Assembly: GCA_000002435.2 (NCBI GenBank)
Contig: AACB03000011.1
DNA from: Giardia intestinalis
Taxonomy: Eukaryota
Strand: one strand, 5' to 3'
DNA: 5,185 nt
The notes below the pieces were generated by a model, which did not search any database, was not told the origin of the DNA, and saw only the letters and a list, made by a program, of their open reading frames with translations. Shown piece by piece: positions 1-5,185 of this stretch. The translations under genes were made by a program, and so were the position numbers. How positions within the stretch are numbered: the first letter of the stretch is position 1; each line of letters opens with the position of its first letter.

Positions 1-1373
1 ACACGGGGCGCTAGTGGTCATGCTTGGGCACCCTGCCCGCTGTCGGCTGCCCCACAGCGCGCGAACGGACCCCTGGGCCTGCGTGCCGAGCTGTCTCCCC
101 TGGTACTCCTCGCTCGCACCCGAGGCCTCTTGCCCCTATCATTCGGGTGTGCATCACGTCCAGACACGGTGCGATAGATGCCTAGCCGCGATGCCATACA
201 CACTCGACCAGGCCGGGCCAGGCCGGACGCCCCCCTGGATGGCCAGACACCCCGCCCTGCCTACGTTGGGCACTTCCTCGATGGGACTCGTCATCTGCCC
301 ACGCCGCAGCCCGGTGTTCGTCTGTCTGTCCTCCCGGGCAGCGGCGGTCCTTGGGTGCTGAGTCTGGCGAGCTGGTGCTGGGGGAAGAGGCTAGCCCCGT
401 GTGTCATTCGTACCATCGCACCGCGCCGTGCTGATCCCCCCATGGAACTGCCCGCCAGTGGCCGCCTCCGGTCCGGGGCGGCACAGCCCTGGCTCGGGCC
501 ATCCTCTGCTGCAGCGCCCCGGTGCCCCCTGGAGAGGATGGCCGGGTGCTATGTGCTACTGAGCCCTCGGGTGCATCGCTTCCCCACTGCCCCCCCTCAT
601 GTACCCACTCTGGGCGCCCCGGTACAGGGAACCTGGTCACTCTGGCCCTGGCCTCCAGGTGCTTGCCCTCCAATGGGCCATCCCTCATGCGCCTGTGTTT
701 GCCTGGCCCATTCTCCCCTGTCCTCTCTACCTCTCCTGCTCGGTCTCCGCTGGAGTCGCGGTGACGGCTGTTGACAGTCCCGGCCGGGCCCCCAGGTTTC
801 GCTCCATACCTGGGCCACATGCCTCCCACCAGCGCTGGCACCACATGGGTTGCTTGTCACAGATGGGACTGGCACGCACAGAAGAATATGGCTCCACGGC
901 GCTCTGCCGGTCTGTCCTGAGCTGGCGTCATCAGCCTGGACCCGCCCTTAGGGGGCCTCCTCCATCACCCGTGCCTCCCCACACCACCTCCTAAGCCGTC
1001 AGTCTGCTCTCTCAGGCGTGACCTTCTGTCGGCCTCCTGGGCCGTATGGGACCACCGCCCCGCTGCCCCCGCCATCTTGGCCAGACGCCTCCGGTGAGCC
1101 ACCATTCTGGAATAGCACGACACGTGTGGATGGGCTAGCTATGGCGCACGGTCCGCACCCTCCCTTCTCACGGACTCCCGGGGACAGTCCGGACGCGTCT
1201 CCCTTGTCCCCCGAATCGGTGGCCCCGGCCGATCCCCATCGTGCATCCTTATATGGGGCACTGCACACACCTGTCCACGCTGTCCCCTTGGGCCGGCCAC
1301 AGCTCACCCCGTGTGTCGATGGGCCAGAATTTGGGCTCCCCAAACCCCTCCACCCCCAAGCTGTTTCCTCGCC

Positions 1374-2140
1374 GGTTCTCTGGGCTCGCGCTTCCCTTTT
1401 TAGTGCAACAGCATTATGGTGCCTCGCGTATGTGCGCGGTGCAGTGGGCCGGTCTGTAGGCCTGCCTTTGACTGGAATCCTGGATCCCTGGGTTTCTGGC
1501 CCGACGCGTCGTCTTCTACCCCCAAACAGGCCTGCACTCTTCTTGGTCCACGGGCTATTTGTCTCTTTGTTTCCGCGGCCCAGGGCCTGCTGGTTGCGCC
1601 GGGGCGACGCTCATGGTGGATTTTATTTTTTCCAAAATCCAGAATTTGGGCCTGAAGACCGCCCCCGCAGGGCCTGGAGGATGCGGGGAATCGGTCCACC
1701 CACACCATGCGCTCGAGCAAAGGCCAAGCACCCACGCCATCACGTCTCATCCAGGACTCCTGCGCCGCCACGGAGGAGGATCGGCACCTTCGCCATCGAT
1801 CCTCCAGGATGCCCCCCTACCACTCCCCCTCACATGGCACGCCTCCCTCGGGCCTGTATGTCTGCATGCCGCTATGCCCTAACACCGCAGGCCGCCCTCT
1901 CCGCGGATCCACTAACACACAGCCTGCAGCGCCTGGCCCCCCTGGCCGTGACCCGCGCGCCCCCGCGCACAGGAGCATACCCCTGGAGCTGGGGAGAAGG
2001 CCCCCCTGGCCGCGCCCCCGCCGCGAGACCACGCGGGCACGGGGGCTGGGCGCCCCGGGCGGGCCCTTCCCCTCCGTCGTGAGGCTGCCTCCCCTCCAAT
2101 GTCCTTACCGCCTTGCGCGCATATTACGTAGTAAACCGCC
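1374..2140 (+). repeat. Tandem direct repeat, unit 1 (767 bp)
   Basis: Base-by-base comparison with 2148-2915 shows identity apart from one C-run length (C5 at ~1519-1523 against C6 in copy 2). Every six-frame ORF inside is duplicated at an offset of 774/775 bp, for example 1400-1771(-) against 2124-2546(-) and 1555-1743(-) against 2330-2518(-). No coding signal. Confidence 0.96.
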
Positions 2141-2147
2141 TCTGTCT

Positions 2148-2915
2148 GGTTCTCTGGGCTCGCGCTTCCCTTTTTAGTGCAACAGCATTATGGTGCCTCG
2201 CGTATGTGCGCGGTGCAGTGGGCCGGTCTGTAGGCCTGCCTTTGACTGGAATCCTGGATCCCTGGGTTTCTGGCCCGACGCGTCGTCTTCTACCCCCCAA
2301 ACAGGCCTGCACTCTTCTTGGTCCACGGGCTATTTGTCTCTTTGTTTCCGCGGCCCAGGGCCTGCTGGTTGCGCCGGGGCGACGCTCATGGTGGATTTTA
2401 TTTTTTCCAAAATCCAGAATTTGGGCCTGAAGACCGCCCCCGCAGGGCCTGGAGGATGCGGGGAATCGGTCCACCCACACCATGCGCTCGAGCAAAGGCC
2501 AAGCACCCACGCCATCACGTCTCATCCAGGACTCCTGCGCCGCCACGGAGGAGGATCGGCACCTTCGCCATCGATCCTCCAGGATGCCCCCCTACCACTC
2601 CCCCTCACATGGCACGCCTCCCTCGGGCCTGTATGTCTGCATGCCGCTATGCCCTAACACCGCAGGCCGCCCTCTCCGCGGATCCACTAACACACAGCCT
2701 GCAGCGCCTGGCCCCCCTGGCCGTGACCCGCGCGCCCCCGCGCACAGGAGCATACCCCTGGAGCTGGGGAGAAGGCCCCCCTGGCCGCGCCCCCGCCGCG
2801 AGACCACGCGGGCACGGGGGCTGGGCGCCCCGGGCGGGCCCTTCCCCTCCGTCGTGAGGCTGCCTCCCCTCCAATGTCCTTACCGCCTTGCGCGCATATT
2901 ACGTAGTAAACCGCC
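2148..2915 (+). repeat. Tandem direct repeat, unit 2 (768 bp), followed by the A15 tract
   Basis: Identical to unit 1 except one extra C at ~2294-2299. A 7-bp spacer tctgtct (2141-2147) separates the units. The unit ends gcgcgcatattacgtagtaaaccgcc, then cct plus A15. Confidence 0.96.
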
Positions 2916-2938
2916 CCTAAAAAAAAAAAAAAACCATG
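2890..2938 (+). promoter_or_regulatory. Candidate initiator region: AT-rich box (catattacgtagtaaa) plus A15 immediately upstream of the ORF ATG, leaving a near-zero 5' UTR
   Basis: This is the only strongly AT-rich stretch in a GC-rich context, and it ends 2 nt before the ATG at 2936. The same AT-rich box, without the A-run, closes repeat unit 1 at 2115-2140. A promoter role is inference only. Confidence 0.35.
2919..2933 (+). other. Perfect A15 tract, poly(A)-tail-like, at the 3' edge of repeat unit 2
   Basis: 15 consecutive A seen directly. It is absent at the equivalent position after unit 1, so it is not part of the repeat consensus. A retroelement ORF start follows 2 nt later. Confidence 0.93.
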
Positions 2939-3922
2939 CGTTCCGCCCTTTCCGCGCCTTCGGGAACCACGGAGATCGGGGCTTCCTCAGGCCCAGAGCC
3001 TCCCAACCACGCTCCAACCGACTCCCACAGGCCCCTACCTAGGGGCACTCCCGATCCTATGACGCTGGGTGACGGCAACGATGCCTCGACGACCGCCATG
3101 GCCCGGCCTTCCTCTTGCGAGCCCCTCTGCGGCTCCCACGGGCCCCCATCCCCCCAGCCTGGGCCTGGCAACAGCCGTTCCGCCACGGACAACTCTCCCA
3201 ATGAGTCTTCTCCTGTCCATGGCTTACAGGGCTCCGGGGCCTCGGTGGCCCGGGACGCCTCTCCTCCCTGCCTGTCGAACGACCTTCTGCCCTGTGGCCA
3301 GGAGCCCCTCCCGATTCCCGACGACGGCCTCCCATACGACCTGGGCCACGACAACTCCCCGTCCATCACGGACGAGCAGGAGGCCCGGGGCGCAGACCTG
3401 CCTGCTCCTGGGGGCCGTACGACTGTCTGCGAGCGCTGCGGAGAGGTGCTGCCTGACTCTGCGGCGATCGATGTCCACATCGGGATGCACCATCCGCCTC
3501 CCGGTTCACCTTCTCCGTCGCGCAGCCCTTCTCCGCTGTCGGGGTCTGCCCCTCCACCTGCAGCCGCCGAGCCCTCTCCCTCGCCAACGCCGGACCCTGT
3601 GTTCCCGTATGCATGCAGCATGTGCCGGGCCCGATACAAAACGGAGAGGGGGCTGAAGGCCCATATCGCCAGGCTCGGCCACTACCTCCCGCTCGACGCC
3701 ACAGTCCCCGAGCGCATCGGGGTGCCTAGTGGCAGCCCGTCCCCTGAGCTGCTTCGCCTCCTCACTGACGTATTCACAGAGATGGCGGGGCGCCTTCCTC
3801 CTGTAGAGGCCCTAGCGCGCTTCCTCTCGACGTGCCGCCGCATGGAGGGCTCTGGACGGCTCCCCCCGCGCAGTCGCTTCTCCGGAAGGGGCTGCTCGGC
3901 CGGGCATGGCAGGCGCTGTTGA
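2936..3922 (+). CDS. N-terminal ORF segment: Ser/Pro-rich region, two C2H2 zinc fingers and a linker. The true reading probably leaves this frame near 3860-3900.
   Basis: 328-aa ORF in the supplied track starting at ATG 2936. It contains VCERCGEVLPDSAAIDVHIGMHH and YACSMCRARYKTERGLKAHIARLGH. The downstream part, ELLRLLTDVFTEMAGRLPPVEALARFL, has protein-like composition. Confidence 0.7.
   Translation: MRSALSAPSGTTEIGASSGPEPPNHAPTDSHRPLPRGTPDPMTLGDGNDASTTAMARPSSCEPLCGSHGPPSPQPGPGNSRSATDNSPNESSPVHGLQGSGASVARDASPPCLSNDLLPCGQEPLPIPDDGLPYDLGHDNSPSITDEQEARGADLPAPGGRTTVCERCGEVLPDSAAIDVHIGMHHPPPGSPSPSRSPSPLSGSAPPPAAAEPSPSPTPDPVFPYACSMCRARYKTERGLKAHIARLGHYLPLDATVPERIGVPSGSPSPELLRLLTDVFTEMAGRLPPVEALARFLSTCRRMEGSGRLPPRSRFSGRGCSAGHGRRC
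3428..3493 (+). other. C2H2 zinc finger 1 (C-X2-C-X12-H-X3-H)
   Basis: Translated in frame 2: C ERC GEVLPDSAAIDV H IGM H. The spacing is canonical. Confidence 0.8.
3614..3682 (+). other. C2H2 zinc finger 2 (C-X2-C-X12-H-X5-H)
   Basis: Translated in frame 2: C SM C RARYKTERGLKA H IARLG H. It follows the aromatic residue (Y) two positions before the first Cys, as in classical fingers. Confidence 0.75.
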
Positions 3923-4104
3923 GCGAGACGTCCTCTGCCGCCAGGGTCCCCGAGCCCCAGGGCAAGGAGCGGGAAGCGATTGTCCATGAGCTCCACCCGC
4001 GCCCCATGCCTGTCTCTCTGCCCCCCGTCCATCACGTGCTCGGCCCGTCGCCCAAGATAACGGCCAAGGCGCTGCTGAAGGAGCTGCAGGCGATGAGGCC
4101 TGTC

Positions 4105-4332
4105 GCGGCCGGACCCTCTGGGCTGGGGAAGCCTCACCTCCTGCACCTTTGTGGGGCCGCCGGGGCTGCGGAGCTCTTCACCTCTGTCCTGACGACCCTC
4201 TTCTCCAGCAGGAACTGGGCCCAGCTCCAGCCCCTGTGCGAGTTCAGGCTGAAGCTTCTGCCCAAGTCTGGCGGCCGATGGCGCCCTATCGCAGTGCAGG
4301 AGACGCTTCTGGTCGCCTTCCACCGCTTGCTC
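4105..4332 (+). CDS. RT N-terminal fingers segment (frame 1): motifs 1 and 2
   Basis: AAGPSGLGK at 4105-4131 matches the RT motif PGPDGI. RPIAVQETLLVAFHRLL at 4282-4332 matches the R2/LINE motif RPISL......F..IL..RL. Confidence 0.8.
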
Positions 4333-4442
4333 CTGCGTCGGACTCCGCGCTCCGCAAGCTCCCGGCGTGGCAGCTGGCCTTTGAGCACCTCGCCCAGATG
4401 AAGGCGATCCGCGCGGCCGAGGAGCTGAAGAGGACACACCAC

Positions 4443-4481
4443 CTGCTCACGGTGGATGTGCGGAATGCCTTCAACAGCGTC
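4443..4481 (+). other. RT motif A (frame 0): LLTVDVRNAFNSV with the catalytic Asp
   Basis: Matches the consensus hhhhD..KAFD.V. The Asp codon gat is at 4455-4457. Confidence 0.8.
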
Positions 4482-4483
4482 CG

Positions 4484-4650
4484 CATTCCGTCATCCTCTT
4501 TGCGCTCCGCCGGGCAGGGGTGGTCCAGCCGACCGTCGCGTACATTGAGCGTTCCTCGCGGCTCGGCACTCCTCGGACCTCCCGCGGTCCCAGCGGGCGT
4601 GCACAGGGGACCCGCTGTCCATGGCGATGTTCTGCCAGAGCCTTGTTGGC
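4484..4650 (+). CDS. RT palm segment between motifs A and B', read across a frame 2 to frame 1 switch at the gggg run
   Basis: Frame 2 reads HSVILFALRRAGVVQPTVAYIERSSRLGT...GRAQG. Frame 1 reads GDPLSMAMFCQSLVG. The sequence shows caggggaccc where cagggggaccc would give in-frame QGDPLS. Confidence 0.75.
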
Positions 4651-4656
4651 CGGTGA

Positions 4657-4800
4657 GACGTACCTCGGCCAGTCAAGGTCGTTGCATACGCCGACGACCT
4701 CGTCATTGCGTCAGAGGAGGCGATTCCCATAGATACCGTGAAGAGTGACGCGCAGTTCGCCCTCTCCCGCATAGGGCTCACGGTCGAGCTCTCGAAGTGC
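4657..4800 (+). CDS. RT motif C segment (frame 1): VKVVAYADDLVIASEE...ALSRIGLTVELSK
   Basis: YADD at 4687-4698 is the catalytic YXDD box. The following GL.V.LSK resembles the post-YXDD G(L/M).LN..KS segment of R2-type RTs. An in-frame TGA lies immediately upstream at 4654-4656. Confidence 0.85.
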
Positions 4801-5185
4801 TCCTCGACCCAGGCCGGGCGATCTCCTTCATGGGCACCCGCGTGCTCAAGCACTCCTCCTTCAACCTCGCGCAGACATCGGCCCGCCGGCTCCACGAGCA
4901 TCTCGCCGTCCTCCGTGCTTCGGGTCTCTCACTCCACGACCGCCTCAGGCTCCTGTCTGCCTGCGTCGTCCCTGCAGTTAACTATGGACCCCTTGTTGAC
5001 GACTACCCGGCCCGTCCCCCTATGCCGACGTCGATGCGCAGATAGTGGAGGAGGTCGCGACCCTTCTGGAGATCCCCGAACCCCTTGCGAAGACCCTTGC
5101 TCTGACGCCCCGCGCGAAGTACGGCCTCGGACTGGTGCTGCCCATCACTACTACGACGAGATGCACAGGCAGCGCCAGGACATGA
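4797..5185 (+). CDS. RT motif E and thumb segments: frame 0 up to ~5010, then frame 2 to the window end
   Basis: Frame 0 reads VLLDPGRAISFMGTRVLKH...HDRLRLLSACVVPAVNYGPLVDD, which includes the F(L/M)G motif. Frame 2 reads YADVDAQIVEEVATLLEIPEPLAKTLALTPRAKYGLGLVLP, which matches the R2 thumb pattern LDVQI...V...L.LP...PK.....A...GGLAIP. Confidence 0.75.

Larger units (their letters stand above)
2936..5185 (+). mobile_element. Non-LTR (LINE-like) retrotransposon, R2 / REL-endonuclease superclade. The 5' portion covers the N-terminal C2H2 zinc fingers and the reverse transcriptase, and it continues past the window end.
   Basis: ATG at 2936 directly after the poly(A). Two C2H2 fingers lie N-terminal to the RT. 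RT motifs follow in canonical order and resemble R2-type RTs: KSGG-RWRPIAVQETLLVAFHRLL matches the family motif PGG..YRPISI......FH.ILARRL, and ...NAFNSV...HSVILFALRRAGVVQPTVAYIE matches the family pattern AFD.VSH..L..LL...G.P......YI. Also present are the QGDPLS motif, YADD, F(M/L)G and the thumb segment DAQI...L.IP...PK......GGL.L.P. Confidence 0.88.
2936..5185 (+). pseudogene. Retrotransposon polyprotein (ZF-RT-...) disrupted as given by at least 6 frame changes and one in-frame TGA
   Basis: The homology trail runs through frame 2 (2936-~3870), frame 1 (~3870-~4335), frame 0 (~4338-4483), frame 2 (4484-~4609), frame 1 (4606-~4797, with TGA at 4654-4656), frame 0 (4797-~5010) and frame 2 (~5012-5185). 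Shifts occur at or near runs such as C6 at 3862-3867, cgcat at 4482-4486, gggg at 4606-4609 and the C5 run at 5015-5019 (cgtccccctatg). Confidence 0.75.

Noticed and set aside
941-960. A telomeric TAGGG motif (ttaggggg), which would be expected next to Giardia GilT-type arrays.
   Set aside because: It is a single occurrence, not a tandem array, and is expected by chance in G-rich sequence.
1018-2082. A 354-aa ORF on the + strand running from the flank into repeat unit 1, with a partly duplicated counterpart at 2318-2857.
   Set aside because: The predicted protein is a Pro/Arg/Gly-rich low-complexity string with no recognisable motif. It overlaps ORFs in the other frames and on the opposite strand. 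Its unit-2 copy is frame-shifted by the single C-run difference with no sign of constraint. It is a composition artefact of ~70% GC.
2141-2147. The 7-bp spacer 'tctgtct' as a target-site duplication.
   Set aside because: There is no second copy of the heptamer flanking either unit or the A15 tract within the window. It is better read as the last 7 bp of a ~775-bp period, with the retroelement/A15 junction falling exactly where this heptamer would otherwise follow unit 2.
1374-2915. The two identical direct repeats as LTRs of an LTR retrotransposon, or as a CRISPR-like array.
   Set aside because: The repeats abut each other 7 bp apart, with no internal region between them. The downstream polyprotein has the non-LTR R2-type organisation (N-terminal zinc fingers, the RPIAV motif, and no protease, RNase H or integrase order). 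The units are far too long for CRISPR repeats and only two are present.
1374-2915. A spliced-leader (mini-exon) gene array, or an rDNA/5S array, as the insertion target.
   Set aside because: No match to the conserved trypanosomatid spliced-leader 39-mer (AACTAACGCTATTATTAGAA...) and no 5S-like or 28S-like conserved block in the unit. The 'gccatac' at ~200 lies outside the repeat and is too short to be meaningful.
3682-4437. A 251-aa ORF on the - strand, plus 2917-3639(-), 3057-3335(-) and 4491-4901(-).
   Set aside because: They are antisense to the clearly homologous ZF/RT reading frames. The peptides are Arg/Pro/Gly-rich and low-complexity. This is typical of spurious antisense ORFs in GC-rich coding DNA.
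4654-4656. TGA as a programmed recoding site, either selenocysteine or a ribosomal frameshift signal.
   Set aside because: No downstream stem-loop or SECIS-like context is recognisable. The surrounding ORF has at least six other frame disruptions, so simple decay or error is far more likely.

Overview
The window is GC-rich, estimated by eye at roughly 65-70% GC, and CpG is not depleted. It looks eukaryotic and splits into three parts.

(1) 1-1373 is a GC-rich stretch with no convincing gene. Open frames run in every frame on both strands but encode only Pro/Arg/Gly-rich low-complexity peptides.

(2) 1374-2915 holds two near-identical direct tandem copies of a ~768-bp unit, at 1374-2140 and 2148-2915. 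A 7-bp spacer (tctgtct) separates them. The only difference I can see is one C-run length, C5 against C6. The second copy ends in 'cct' followed by a perfect A15 tract at 2919-2933.

(3) Two nucleotides after the A15 an ATG at 2936 opens the 5' part of a non-LTR (LINE-like) retrotransposon. It belongs to the R2 / restriction-enzyme-like-endonuclease superclade and runs off the window end.
- A Ser/Pro-rich N-terminus carries two canonical C2H2 zinc fingers, C-X2-C-X12-H-X3-H and C-X2-C-X12-H-X5-H.
- A reverse transcriptase follows with clear motifs: AAGPSGLGK, KSGGRWRPIAVQETLLVAFHRLL, LLTVDVRNAFNSV, HSVILFALRRAGVVQPTVAYIE, QG/GDPLS, VVAYADDLVIA, ISFMGTRVL, and DAQIVEEVATLLEIPEPLAKT...GLGLVLP.
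- The homology trail hops frames at least six times and crosses one in-frame TGA, so as given the copy is a pseudogene.
- Several breaks sit in homopolymer runs, so they could be sequencing artefacts.

The arrangement fits two models. One is a site-specific insertion into a ~775-bp tandem-repeat target. The other is a head-to-tail retrotransposon array in which 1-2934 is the long 3' UTR and poly(A) of the upstream copy and acts as promoter for the next copy. From memory, and unverified, this resembles what has been described for Giardia Genie/Gil elements. I cannot assign the organism from the sequence alone.
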